Below, piece by piece: positions 51,180 to 64,000 of a stretch of DNA of 64,000 nt. The notes below the pieces were generated by a model. The model was not told the DNA's origin. It was given only the letters and a program-made list of their open reading frames with translations, and made no database searches. This DNA is from Azolla caroliniana (lineage: Eukaryota > Plantae > Polypodiophyta). The position numbers and the translations under genes were made by a program. The DNA lies in NCBI GenBank assembly GCA_043228905.1, contig JBHGNT010000009.1, positions 8,246,001 through 8,310,000 of the forward strand, given 5' to 3'. How positions within the stretch are numbered: position 1 is the first letter of the stretch; the number at the start of each line of letters is the position of its first letter.

Positions 51180-52600
51180 AAAAAATATAACATTTTTCAG
51201 ACATTACATATAAAATGAGTAGCAACTTTCGATATTTAAGAACTTTATTAATGAATGTTGCAATTGGGAGTACACATTGTAATTTGTGACTACGAGAGAA
51301 ATTTGTGTAAGGATTGATTTCGGTCAAATGTGTGTGAAGCATATTCGAATGTGGTCAAAGGAAAAGCATTGTTATATCACAATGTGATAATCATAATCTT
51401 GAACTTGTTTAAAGCAAAATGTGCGTGGTCAACTAGTCTCATCACCTTTGCCCCAATTTCTTCTCACACCAAAGCTAGTGTGAACTAAGTCATATGAAAA
51501 AAATGGTTAAAATAACATACAATTGGATAGATTCTAACAAGTATTGATGTGTGCGGTTCCTCTATTTAGCAAAGAAAATGGGTTTGTAATGAAGTTTAAT
51601 ATATGTAGCAGAATGTATGAAGATGAGCCTCCATACTTTTCCCACGTGATCATGACACATTGGAATTGCAAAAACGTATCATTCGCACAAGATAGGATGG
51701 TGTTCCATCCAATCTTGCAAACCATTTTTTTCAATATATTGCATCCAACTAGAACACAACAACTTGCTTTTATGTGCATTTTGGATCTTTTTACTTGCTT
51801 ACCATATAATTCTAAGAAGTTGATGTGATGTTTTGAACCTTGAGCATGTATACGACAACCATTTTCCATTGTCATGATCTCAATCAGACGTAATACCATC
51901 TCAAGTAGGAGGGTGTATAGGTTCCAAAACATCCCTTTCTTTCATAGGGTTCTCAAATATCATGCATTTAGTGTTATTCCAATGGATAAGATTGCAATAC
52001 ATTTAGTGTATAGTTTGCTACAACTCTTCTCATGGTTTCAAGAACATGCAAATACTTTGTGGTACTTAAACAAATCACAACCTTGGTGGACAAACTACTT
52101 CTCGATATATGAAGCTTTGGTCTTCGACATAAGTAAAGGGTATTTTCCTATGGAAATGCTTATTGGCTGCGCTTTCCTCCTAAGGTTGAACCTTCAAAAA
52201 TGAAATATAACTTCATAGCATTGTGCACAATGTGGTGGAGGAACAAAAACAATCTTAAACCTCAATTGGACTTGCCCAATCACCAAAGCATTTATGCAAA
52301 TATGAAGTGCATCTATTTTACAAAGCTTTACTAAGAAAATGTTTGGGAACAAGTTTTGGTTGTTTGAATGAATCCACTGGTCTTTAAATCAAGTGCCTAT
52401 ATCCTCCAATGGACAAGATTTTGGACACTTTGGTTCATTTGGATGACCATAGAGTATTATAGTCTTTGGTCAAATCCAAATATACAAGAAGTTAACTCCA
52501 AAAGATTGACTTTGATTGCTTCTAAGGATAATACTGCCTAATTGCCACTTTTGCACATTTCTGTTTATCCATTATAAGTTTTTATTGATGTTTTCCACAT
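51180..52600 (-). pseudogene. Possible degraded DNA-transposase remnant (CMC/EnSpm-like?)
   Basis: Coding-like composition with fragments such as INFLELYG...KA.LLC...K.C. Weak. Confidence 0.2.
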
Positions 52601-53819
52601 AATAATAACAATATTACTTAGAAAAACGATGAACAGATATATGTACATGGGTGAAAGCATGGGAATGGAAATATTATTATAGCTAACGTGTAGCTAAAAT
52701 GGCCGTAACTAATTAGCTATTGTTTTAGCTAATATTTGGTGGGCAAATCTCAAAGATACATATCATTTTTTATAGGGAGTGAAATATGGGAATCTCCAAA
52801 TCTTTGAATTTGGGCACACACATAGTGGAACATGGGGTTTTGTGCACTCATGTCCAAGCCTTTAATGTCAAAATACTCCTCATCATCCTTAATTTTGCAC
52901 CAACGTTCAAACATATGGAGCACTACGATCGTGAATGCAAACAGAGCCCTCACAACAACAAGTGTGTGTGTGTGTGTGTGTGTGTATAATCAATTATTAT
53001 TTTTCTTATAAATCTCACAAGTAACAGTTTTTATATGGTTGTAATTTAGAACACCAGGACATTTGAAACAGGTAATATGTCACATTTTGAGAACTGTCCA
53101 TCAAAAAATGACACAAATTAGGGTGATTTACAAAAAGGGGTGCCACATGCGTAAAGGAATTTTAAAAATGACCCAAAAATATATTGATTTTTAACATGTA
53201 CGGAAATTTAGGTGTTCAAAAAAATGCCTAAATAATGGACATGCCAAACTTACAAATGAATGTCCAAAATGACTAACCCCAATATTTATAGAAATTCTGA
53301 ATCCAAATCTTGATGTGCAATACAATATTTATAGTTAACGTATCAGGACAATCATTTTTCAAGTTTATGTCATCATCTTCATACCCATTAGATGAACTAG
53401 TATGAGTTTATGAGGTCTCATCCTCATCATCAATAGCAACTAATGCATTGTGTTGATCCAATTGCAATCCAACCTCATCGAGTTTATGAGTCATGCTTCT
53501 TGTTTGTCTTTGTGTTGTGTCTGAAGCCACATTCCAGATCCTCTTTTAGTATCTTCATTGTGGTCTATCACAGATAACTTGTTTTGGTCAAAGATAAGTC
53601 ATACACTAATATATAAACATTATCCAATGTAAGAGTAGATGTGCTTGATGCATCTTTCCTCCTCACTTTTTGGTTATGATATTTCATTATGTACTTTCCA
53701 TTTACAAGATTAGATTATGTGAGAGAAGCTTTCTACCAAAATCATTAGAATCTAAAAAATGTCTTAAAGATGTTTTCCATTTTTCTTAGATTCTCATAGT
53801 AAGCCTTTGATGTCGTACA

Positions 53820-55915
53820 GAAATCCGATTCATTCCACCTAGATTTGACGCAGCATGTCGAATTTTACTCTATACATCTAGAATTGGATATAATGCATCA
53901 GATTCCTGTAAGTCTTGGAATTTTTTTAAAAATTTCCATTACAAAAATACTCTTGCATTTTAATGCATTGCATTGAATTCTAGCTACATAGACTAAAATA
54001 TGATACATTGCATGGATTTCCCTAAAATACATAAATAAATACAAATTGAAAAAATAAAACATTCTCCCATAAATAAATAAATAAACATTTTTTATTTTAC
54101 TTGTAAATAAATAAATAAAAATAGAAAAATTAGATTTCAATGGAAATCCAATTCCGTGCATCGGATTCAATTGAAAATCCAATTTCTCTTATTTTTTTGA
54201 AAATTTTCTTATTTTGTGAATTGTTTTTGAATTTGTTTTTATTTTTCCCATAAAAAAATAAATAAAAATTGAAAAAATGGATTTTCAATGGAAATCCGAT
54301 GCACTGCATCGGATTTTGGTTGAAAGTCTACTTTTACATATGTTTTTCCAAATTTGCTTTTTTTTTGAATTTTTTTGAATTTTTCCCATAAAAAAATAAA
54401 TAAAAATTGAAAAAATGGATTTTCAATGGAAATCCGATGCATTGCATCGGGTTTTGGTTGAAAGTCCACTTTTACGTATTTTTTTCCAAATTTTCTTTTT
54501 TTTTGAATTTTTTTGAATTTTTTTGAATTTTTTTGAATTTTTTTGAATTTTTTCTATAAAAAATAAATAAATATTGAAAAAATAGATTTTCAATCCAAAT
54601 TTTCATATTTTTTGGAATTTTTTTGGTATTTTGTTTGTCTATTTTCTCATAAATAACTATATAGAAATTGAAAAAATGAATTTTCAAAGGAAATCCGATG
54701 CATTGCATCGGATTTCTATTGAAAGTCCACTTTTTGCTATTTGTTACCAAATTTTCATATTTTAAAATATTTTTTTGTATTTTTTAAATTTGTTTTCATT
54801 TTTTCCCATAAATAAATAAATAAAAATTGCAAAAAATGGGTTTTCAACAGAAATCTGATGCACTACATCGGATTTCTATTGAAAATCCATTTTGTCTTAT
54901 TTGTTTCCAATTTTTCAGAGATTTTGAATTTGTTTTTGTATTTGTTTTGAATTGTTTTTGTTTTTATCATAAATAAATATATAGGAATTGAAAAAAATGG
55001 ATTTTCAACGGAAATCCGATGCATTGCATCGGATTTCCATTGAAAGTCCACTTTTTTTTGTTTGTTTACAAATTTTCTTATTTGTTTATATTTTTCTCTA
55101 AAAAAGTGTTAAAAATAAACAAATTGTGATTTTCTCCATTTAAAGTGATGTGTTTTCAACGGGAATCCGATGCAGTGCATCGGATTCTCGTTGAAAACAG
55201 ATCATTTTCAACAGGATTTTCAATGGAAATCCGATGCACTGCATCGGATTTCCGTTCAAAATCACTGAGTTTCAACAGAAATCCGATGCAGTGCATCGGA
55301 TTTCCGTTGAAAGTCCAATATTTTTCTTATGTTTTTTCATAAAACATTAATTTGCAATTGAAATCCGACTCAATGGTTCAAATTTTGTTGAAAATGTAAT
55401 ATTTTTTATTATCTCATTGTTTTATGAAAAACCTAAAAGAAATTTGGATTTTTAATTGAAAATTGATGTAGTGCATTAGATTTCAGTTGGAAATCCACTT
55501 TTTTAATATATTTTTATTTATTTTTTGAAAAAATGAAAAACAATTGAAAAGAAAGAGGATTGCCAGCTAAAATCTAATGCAATGCATCAATGTCTAGTTG
55601 TATAGACTACGATCTGATGTAGTGTATCGGATTTCAGTTGAAAAGCCGTTTATTATCATTTTATATGGAAAATAAATAAATAAATAACATTGGAAAAAGA
55701 AAAAAGAAAAATGGATTTTCGACTCTAATCCAATGCATTGCATTAGATTCTAGCTATATATACTAAAATATAATGTAGTGCATAGTATTTTAGCTGAAAA
55801 TCCATTTTTTATTTTTTAATGGAAAAAATTTTAAAAACTACAAAAAAAAAAAAAACTTGGATTTTCAACTGAAATCTAGTGCATTGCATTGGATTCCAAT
55901 TAAAAATCCAAGATT
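53820..55915. repeat. Array of ~40-bp palindromes TTCAAYGGAAATCCGATGCA-N-TGCATCGGATTTCCRTTGAA separated by AT-rich spacers
   Basis: Well-conserved copies at about 54136, 54284, 54422, 54683, 54843, 55003, 55155, 55219 and 55271. Degenerate copies lie on both flanks. Confidence 0.9.
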
Positions 55916-56039
55916 TTTTATTTTTTCAAATTTTATTGTTTCAAATTTTCAATGGGTTTTAGATTAGTTTTCTGACACAGGTATATAATATAAAACTTAC
56001 ATCAATTTAGATTAACGTTATATTCTATTCTTTAGTTTG

Positions 56040-56420
56040 ATGTTACCTGTGCAATTTCATTCTACTGTCATGTACTACTAAAACATACGCCTTAAAGATT
56101 ATCAGGAACTCTGTTGCATTAGAGAAGGACCTTGAGCAAGTTAATGTCATCAAAATGAGGATCCAAGGTATCTGGGGTTGTCCTGATCAAGACCAAGAAG
56201 TTGGGGCAAAGCATATCAATAAAACTTAGATGTTCCAGATGACTTTTAGAAAACTTGTGGAACTATAGATGAAGACGCAGGGCAACTTGTTGAATTAGAA
56301 GACGTTTCAGAGTCTGAACATACTAACAATTCAACTTAGCGTACTGACGAAGCCAATGAGGACAATCCTGATGAAAGAGCTAATCCTGAGTAGACGGCTT
56401 TACCAGACTTATTATTCGAT
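56040..56420 (+). pseudogene. Possible hAT transposase C-terminal remnant
   Basis: VMYY*NIRL...EGP followed by an acidic tail, resembling the end of the hAT dimerisation domain. Confidence 0.3.
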
Positions 56421-57532
56421 TGAATGGTTATGGCTTATTGTAAATTTTGAACAATATGAATTGTTAAATTTTGACGTAATATATAAGTTGAGCTTATAAT
56501 TTTCGTGTAACAATCATTGAACTTAGAAATTAAGTATACTTGTATGTGTACATGTTATCTAAACTCTCCTTTATCATTTGGGGTATATCGGAGATAAGTT
56601 TATACTCTATCATTTACTCGTATGATTGGAATGTTATTGTAGACTAGTTTATTTATACATTGACAGTGTCATGTATCACGTGTCAATGGAAATTTTCTCT
56701 TGACATAGTAGTATCTCTTAATTGCAAGGTTCACAATTTGCTTTAAGATGTATTATATTTAAATATACACACATAATTAGAAGAAGTCACTTATTCAATG
56801 GGGCATGCTTTTTAGAATATGCACAAGGACCCGTGTTACTATTATACTTGTGTTGACAAATACACCCCTGTCTAAGATTTGGACAAAAACATGGTAGATA
56901 GAATATACGTCGGATGATTTTGTTGACGTGATATTAGTTAGTTCTTTTTTTCGCTATGTTTTCATAAACCACATACACATGCGTCGTGCCTTGGTGAAAT
57001 TCTGCTTAAATAAGGCATTTTTTAACATCTCACTAAGATATGAAAAAGAGAATGCGACATATTACCTGTTTCAAATGACCCGGTGTTTTAGGGCAAAGTT
57101 GCTAGAGTCACAAACGAGGATGTCACAAAATCCCAGTCTAACAAGTGAGTTAGAATCAAATTCTAGAAATTATGTTATTAGGGTTTATATGGTTACCCCA
57201 CACAAAAGCAATAACGCTCTAATTAGAATCAGATTATGGAAATATGGTTAACAAACACATTCCCTTGTACTCTGATTAATTTAAAGATTCTAGAAATATG
57301 ATTAATAAAATATGGTTCCTGGTTACACATTCTCTTATATTCTAATTAGAATTAGATTAATAAAATATGCTTGTTAACCACTATATGGTTAACAAACACA
57401 TTCCTTTTTACTTTGGTTGGAATCGGGTTGTGGGAATATGGTGGTTAACAAATATATGTTTTACTTTCTAACATATATAGTGATATGTTACACATGTTTT
57501 CATATTTAACATGTAATGATGTTTGAATTCAG

Positions 57533-58830
57533 GTGGTTAGTTCCTCCCTATCCTAAGGTATTGAACTATCAAAAGGTATGTGAGACGAAGGAGGATTTAG
57601 ACCACGTATATGCTCTTATCACTTGATGGTATTGACCCTACGATGCTATTAGACAAAATGATTACTAATTAGACCGGTTGGTTGTCTACAAAGTAACCAA
57701 AGTAAAACGGAAGGTGAAGATCTGCGAAGGAAGTGACTAACTAGGATTTGTATAGGGTAGCATGGCCATTTGCAATTGAGGCGACGATAGAGCATGGTCG
57801 CAGGATGGACAACTTGCAACAAAATATGGCACGATTCTAGAGCATGGCAGTTGATGATGCAACTACCAAATCTTAGCAAATAATGAAGGAGAGAACAAAT
57901 CATCATTCGCACCTACCCAATGTCAATGATGTAGGTGAACTATTGCTTTAGTGAATGAAGAAAAATGTTGATGACGCCTTTGAGATATTGGAAGTAGCAA
58001 AGGCTAACCTAGAGAAACCAACATTAGTTGTTTTTGCTAACATGGAAAGTAAGGTCGACATGGTAGTCACAAAAATATAGAGGAAGATTGATATTGCAAA
58101 GCATGAGCTTGAAAAGAACGAGTCGCTGGATTCTGAGCGTTGGATCCAACTAGAGACAAAAATCCAATTTCTCACAATGAACTTGGATCTTCTAGGGCTT
58201 AAACGTGTTGCAAGAAATGATGTTCCAAACCTCCAAGTAAGATCATTGTACTGGTTTCAATACATTGTTCATTGTTAGCAACTTTTTAAATGAAGTTGTA
58301 AAGAATCGGGTATGATTCTTGTGTAGCAGAAGAGATGTGTGGTATGTGTATGTGTGAGAGGAATCAGAGGAGATAAGAGAGAACACATGATAAATAGAAA
58401 AAGGAATACTCAAGAAGACGAAGATGTATATTCACAAGTAGAATAGCAAATACAAAATGTAGCATTACAAGGAGTCACAACCGACTTAGCATGAAGTATG
58501 AGGAGGGTGCTTTATATATACTCACCCTCTCTCTTCATTAACTAACTACAACAACCACTCTGTCTTGGGGAATGTGAAGACTCATAGTCATGGGTAATAT
58601 GTAACTCATTAGTTATGTGTCACAAAATATGATTATATGACACATAGTTAATGTGTAGAGAGTAGTGGTGTGACTCTTGACCTTTGAGTAACCATAGATT
58701 CTCAAAAGGTGTGTTCACATGTTGCACTATGTTGAGCTTGATTCTCAACAGAAGCAATAAACTTTTCATCCTCATTTCAAGAATGATACCTCAACCAAGA
58801 AGAAAAAGTATGTTGATGTAAAAAGCAACT
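57533..58830 (+). pseudogene. Degraded copy of an unknown multi-exon gene (paralog of 10080-10630), split by a solo LTR
   Basis: PNVNDVGELLL**MKKNVDDAFEILEVAKANLEKPTLVVFANMESKVDMVVTKI. Shared DNA blocks AATGAACTTGGA.CTTCTAG and AACCTCCAAGTAAG. Preceded by short repeats at 57150-57470. Confidence 0.55.
58297..58750. mobile_element. Solo LTR
   Basis: TGTAAAGAATC...GATTCTCAACA imperfect inverted termini, TSD GAAGT/GAAGC. Confidence 0.75.
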
Positions 58831-59318
58831 ACAATTTCTGGAAGGAATGGTAAGAATAAAAAAAGAATATGTCAACCTTACCAATCCTGCTCCCTTTACA
58901 AAGTATAAGTTGGAGGGCAAAGTACATTGAATGTTTAGTCCACATACCTCGCATGCGGCTAGCCGTTGCGGATAGTGTTACCATGCTGGTACACCTCCAA
59001 AAGTGCTGGCATACACATCACTCACTATCTTTTGCTATGGTTTGTTGCACTTCATCAATCTATGTGGGGGATTGCTCCACAAATCTCCCTAAAGAGTAAA
59101 CAAAACATACAAGTAAGTTTGCTACTCTATTACAACTACAAATGTATAAATGAATGTAGTAGTTAATTAACTATATAACTAAGTTCGTAGTAGAGTAGTA
59201 GCTAATTAGCTAAGCTAGAACCCCCTAATCGTTCGTTGTATAGTGGTTGCTAATGTTGTGAAAGAGTAGTAGCTAAATAACTAAAGTTGTGGAAGAGTGG
59301 TAACTAAATCGGAATATA

Positions 59319-62246
59319 TTATTTTATGGTTTTCACGTAGTGTGTGGAATACACTACGACACTCGCCCCCTCCGAACCCGCACATCCTCCGGTATGTGCC
59401 GAAGTTCTCGATTCCTCATATCCGTCTTCACCCAAAGCTTCCTCCGATTCTCCCCTTATGTCGACTATGAGTTGTAATTCACTTTCTTCGCTTCCCGCAG
59501 CACCGTGGTCTTCGTCCGATTGCTCCTCGTTGTCGGCCTTGGCTTGGATCACATAGGGTTTGTCGTTGGTCCGCTTCTTGAAAATCTTCACCCGCTTCCC
59601 GGCTATAGGCACTCGTAGTATTGTTCCATCCAACTCGGACAGTCGGTACGTTCCGTTGTCGAAGACTTTCCGAACCTCGTATGGCCCGAACCACCTTTTC
59701 GCAAATTTCCGCATCGTTGTATGTTGATGGTCCAAACTACTGTCATAGACGATCACCCAATCTCCTTCTTCAATCCTTCTCGGTCGTAGTCGGTGCTTTG
59801 TGTCGAACTGGCTTTTGTTCCGGAATCGTGCTTCTTGTTGTCGGCGTATTGCTTCCGCTATGTCTGCCGGTCTTCCCTCTAGTTGTCGTATCCGGACCGC
59901 TAGTAGTTCTTCCCGGCTCATCTCTTCCTTCCACGGTAGCACTGTCCATGTTGCGATCGCGGTTTCCGTCGGCATTACCGGTGCTTGTCCGGTCATGAGT
60001 TCTGCCGGCATGTAACTAGTTACGGAGCTATGCGTCGTCCGATCCGCCCATAGTGCATACGGAAGCATCTGCGGCCAGTCCTTCACCTTTCCATCACATG
60101 CCTTCGCAAGTGCTTTCACGATCGGACTATGTCCTCGTTCGATTTTCCCGTTGGCCTCCGGATTGTATGCCGTTGTCAACGTTAACCGAACTCCGTGCTT
60201 GGCGAAGAATCCCCTAGCTTTGTCCGAGTCGAGTTCTCCCCGGTCCGGAATCACTTGTCCTACGCACCCGTACCTGCAAAATACTTCCTCCAAAAGAAAT
60301 TGGCATACCGCGGAACACGTTTTCCTCTGAAGCGCTCGACCTTCTACTTGATTCGTCAGATCTTCCCGAGCTAATACCAAGTATTTCTTTTGTCCGATCC
60401 CGGTCGGCATGGCCACTATGTCGACCATCCACTTGAAGTTGATTGTCGGTGAGAATGTCGGATGTAACTCATCTCGATGTCGAACCCCGGAGTAGACTTG
60501 ACATTTCTCGCAGCTTTCCGTGAACTCCGCGACATCTTTGTACATTTTCTTCCACCAATATTTTTGCTTGATCTTCACAAATGTTGCCCATGTTCCTCGG
60601 TGTCCAGCCCAATCGGATTCGTGAAACTCGGACATTATCCGGTTTCGTTGCTCTTTTGTCCCAACTACTCGAAGTGGTATACCATCCGGTCTTTTTGGCG
60701 CCCTCCATATTAATCCGTTTTCCAAGAAGAACTTTTGGACTTGCCTCTTCTTCCTTCGGATCTCGGCTCTTCTTCCTTTATCGTTTGTTGAATCCTCGGC
60801 CTCTTGTAACATCTTTTCGATCATCAAGCTTTCTCCCTCATATTCTTCTTCCCGGAATTCTCGGATTACGTTCACTCGGCATATGTGCTCCGACGCGAAG
60901 TAGTCTTCGGAAACTTCTTCATTATCCGATTCGGTTATGTCGTCTCCGAACCGAGCCCTTGATAACATATCCGCTACCGCGTTGTCCTTCCCCGAGATGT
61001 GTCGAACCTCCGGATTAAGCCACTTGACATATGCAACCCACCTTAGCATAGCTACATCCGGTATCGTACAACACCGCATCATCCCGAGTATCGGAAGACA
61101 ATCCGTCTCGATCACCACTTTGGCTCTGATCAAATAATCCCGATCCGATTTTATCGCCGACACGACTCCCCACAGTTCTCTTTTGACTTGTGCATATCCA
61201 CGTTGCCTTTCATTGAGAACCTTTGCTCTGAATCGGATCGGATACCGCGAACCATCCGAGTCGGCTTGATTGATGACCCACCCGATACCGGTTGGACTTG
61301 TATCAACCATTACTATGATCGGTCGGTCGTAGCTCGACTTCTTAAGTGCTTCCGCCCTCCGAAGTGTCTTCTTCAATTTTTTCATGGCTTTGGTGTGTTC
61401 CGGTTTCCATTCGAATTTCTTACCTTTCCGCAACAAGTGGTAGAGCGGGTCCGCTATATGTGCATAATGTGGAATCCATATGTGATAGAATGCACATGCA
61501 CCGAGAAACCTTCGGACTTCGGATGTTGACTCGCATACTTCCTCCATAGCTTGAATCGCATCGACCTTTGTTGGTGACAGTCTTCGGCCGTAGGGCCCAC
61601 ATAGATGTCCGACCACCAATATTTCTTCTTGCCCGAATGCCGATTTCTCCCCGGAAAGTGTTAGGTGCACATCTTCTAGCTTTCGCAACACTTTCTCGCA
61701 ATCATGAATATGGTCGACCACGAACTTTCAGCATCCCCGATCATCCATAGTCTCATCTTTTTCTTCTACCATGCATCCTTTCATCGGAACGTCATCGAGG
61801 AACGGCATCGTTATCTCCGGAATGCAGTCTCGACGCACCTTGTTCATCGCGTTCATCATATGAGCAACCGAGTTTGTCGCTCCTTGTGGTAGTGTGCACA
61901 TTCGGACTAATCCTATCGGTGTTCGCATGGTTGTGATGTCTCGGCTCTCCACGGCTAATTGGAATTGGTCATATCCCGAGTATAGGTCTCCGATGGAGTA
62001 TATCGCACAACCGGCAAAAGCTTCCGCAAATTCGTCCACTATCGGACCGACTCCCAAGTTCCAGATCGTGACCTTATCCACTTGTCGGTATCCTTTCTTC
62101 AATCCTCCGGTTATAGTCGTGTACGTAGATGCCCCATCCAGACCAATTCGTACATGTTTTGCTCTGAGAGTTTTCTTCCTGTGTGGGGTATCAGGGCTTC
62201 TCGGACTATCACTTCCCCACTCCGCAACAGTCCGCTTTAAAAATCC
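59319..62246 (-). pseudogene. Pol (RT with N-terminal deletion, RNase H, integrase) in the -1 frame; in-frame TGA at 61728
   Basis: DLYSGYDQ, LPQGATNS, FLDD, VDTSPTGIG..KRELWGV, H-H-C-C, WMVDIV, DRGE, EANGKIER and RWFGPY. Confidence 0.9.
62183..62246 (-). promoter_or_regulatory. Predicted -1 ribosomal frameshift signal (G_GAU_UUU + pseudoknot)
   Basis: Heptamer immediately before the gag-PR UAA, 5-nt spacer, 11-bp stem, loop GUGGGG complementary to downstream CCCCAC. The -1 frame is open into RT. Confidence 0.75.
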
Positions 62247-64000
62247 ATTCTCACTTGGGACAAGAGTTCCCTCTTGTTCCTTTCGTGATTTGCCGGCACC
62301 GTTAGGAATTGGACGGATTTCCCACCGTTTTGGCTCCGAATTCGCGCAAAAGCCGCACTGCTATCGAGCACCTTCGTCTCCATCCGTGATGCCATGATAA
62401 AGGGTTGGCCGAGGATGACGGAATGTGAAACCTCATCTTGCACGAAGAAATTTTGGTCGATCTCGACATCCCCGATCTTCACCGTCACATCCGGATAAGC
62501 CGCAAATAGATCTTCCGTTGCTTTGGTGGCCGCCCGAATCTTCCATCCATGGTTGGTGTTAATAGGCCATTTCCCCTTCCGGTAGAACTCCTTGGACATC
62601 AAGTTGACCTCCGATCCGTGATCAATCAATGCTAGCACGGGTTCTTTGATGTTGCCGATTCGGACTGGAGTCTCCGTAGTCGCGTGTGCCCAATGTGGCC
62701 TTGTATAGTGGGAGTTCGGAATTTTGTCCTCCACTTCGGTGTCGTTCATTAAAACGGTGTTCGCATTCACCCTTGGAGCATTTTCCTCCGTACTTTGTCT
62801 TTTTCGCTTCACAAGATCCACGAGAAGATCGTGGAACTCCTTCTTTGCTATTCCGAGTAGCTCCCGAAGTGAGAAATCTACCCGGCTATCCAAGATTCTT
62901 TCCTCGAACACTCTTTTCAAGTCGGTTTGTTGTTCTATGTCCGAGGCGAGCTTGAATGCCGGAGTCGCCTTTTCTTTTCCCTTACCTCCGGGGTTCCAGC
63001 TTTCCGGTATCTTCGATGGCCCAGCCGCATCCTCCGTGCGTCGTCGTTTCTCGTCCACATACACCTTATGCAATTGACATAGGGCATATACGCTATTCTT
63101 GTCGACAGGGCACTCCCATCCCGTAGCTTCCCGGACACCTTCCGCGGTGCTTCGGATCTCATTGGAGTCGGTTTTCTCGGTGTTTTCTAGAACGTCCGGC
63201 CAAAAAGACGTCTTTGCTCTCGATGACTCCCCGACACATATTCCCGCGGTTGTCGCATAGTTGCTTCTTGCTGCCAATTCCTCCTCAAGCACCTTCTTCA
63301 TGCCGCCTTTCCGGAAGTTCGGTCGGAGTGGCTTCCGAGAGTCCATCGAATGAATCCGGTTTCCCTCGTAGTAGATGAGATCCCGCCGTAGCGCCTCCTT
63401 ATGCTCGTCGCAATCCCTCCGATCGTGTTCGGCACTATCACACCATATGCACCGTCGGTCCGTATACTTGGAGCTTGTGGGGCGGTCATCCGACTTCTTC
63501 ACCATCGCGATCTTCAGATTCTCCATCTCCTTCAATAGTTGCTCCACCGTAGATGCATCAATCCCCTTCTCGGTTGTAGTCTCCCGAGCCCTCGGTTGAT
63601 GGTCTTCCAATTCGGTTCTCGGTTTCGGAATCGGTTCCGAAACCCTCTTTTCCTCGTTGGCAAGCCATTGCCCCCTCTTCGTGTATCGCGCGACGATATC
63701 CCGCACGTTTTCCCATGTTTCGGTGAGGCCACTCTCCGTGGTCGTGTCCTCAAAGAGCACTCCGAGATCTTTCCGGTCCCGGACGTCCACAGCTCGCAAG
63801 AACATGATCACCTTGTCCGGTACGAGGATAGCTTGATCTCTCGCGGACAACCTCCCGAACCGGCTTTCAAATGCCAAAAACACATCAACGACCTTCAATC
63901 CCTTGTCCGGTGTCTCCACCCAATCTTCGAATCCCCTTCGCGTCGCCTTGGAGGAATCCTCGATGGCGAACGTCCTCTTTAGCTCTTCTTCAAATGCCTC
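62237..64000 (-). CDS. Gag-protease ORF (5'-incomplete)
   Basis: CIWCDSAEHDRRDC knuckle, LIDHGSEVNLM protease and VILGQPF. Confidence 0.88.
   Translation of the reverse strand, partial: EAFEEELKRTFAIEDSSKATRRGFEDWVETPDKGLKVVDVFLAFESRFGRLSARDQAILVPDKVIMFLRAVDVRDRKDLGVLFEDTTTESGLTETWENVRDIVARYTKRGQWLANEEKRVSEPIPKPRTELEDHQPRARETTTEKGIDASTVEQLLKEMENLKIAMVKKSDDRPTSSKYTDRRCIWCDSAEHDRRDCDEHKEALRRDLIYYEGNRIHSMDSRKPLRPNFRKGGMKKVLEEELAARSNYATTAGICVGESSRAKTSFWPDVLENTEKTDSNEIRSTAEGVREATGWECPVDKNSVYALCQLHKVYVDEKRRRTEDAAGPSKIPESWNPGGKGKEKATPAFKLASDIEQQTDLKRVFEERILDSRVDFSLRELLGIAKKEFHDLLVDLVKRKRQSTEENAPRVNANTVLMNDTEVEDKIPNSHYTRPHWAHATTETPVRIGNIKEPVLALIDHGSEVNLMSKEFYRKGKWPINTNHGWKIRAATKATEDLFAAYPDVTVKIGDVEIDQNFFVQDEVSHSVILGQPFIMASRMETKVLDSSAAFARIRSQNGGKSVQFLTVPANHERNKRELLSQVRMDF

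Larger units (their letters stand above)
58870..64000 (-). mobile_element. Gypsy LTR retrotransposon (non-chromovirus); 5' part lies beyond the window
   Basis: PPT GGAGGGGGCGAG then a probable 3' LTR 59361-58870 (TGTCG...TGACA), with gag-PR and pol upstream. Confidence 0.88.

Noticed and set aside
53820-55915. CRISPR-like repeat-spacer appearance
   Set aside because: Spacers are variable in length, low complexity and related to each other. There are no cas genes and the context is eukaryotic.

Overview
TE-dense eukaryotic DNA. The element families and the gene point to a non-seed land plant, probably a fern (inference). There is one clear host gene, a 6-exon DEK_C + double-SWIB (UAF30/Spp27-like) gene at 37513-42622. 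The rest is mostly nested LTR retrotransposons. An old Copia is split by a chromodomain Gypsy (10726-26850, TSD CACAC), which is itself split by a non-chromovirus Gypsy (13105-23575, TSD CTTCG). The window also holds further Copia elements, solo LTRs, a Sola2-like DDD transposase facing a degraded FCP1/NIF-like gene, a foldback element, a palindrome array and a Gypsy running off the right edge. Most notable: (i) the inner Gypsy has tRNA-Arg-type primer sites at BOTH inner LTR edges, no PPT, and an inverted interior; (ii) the chromovirus has a Tf1-type self-priming signature and an antisense tRNA-like module in its LTR, also seen in an unrelated solo LTR; (iii) there is a clear -1 frameshift slippery site plus pseudoknot; (iv) an unknown gene family occurs twice, about 47 kb apart.
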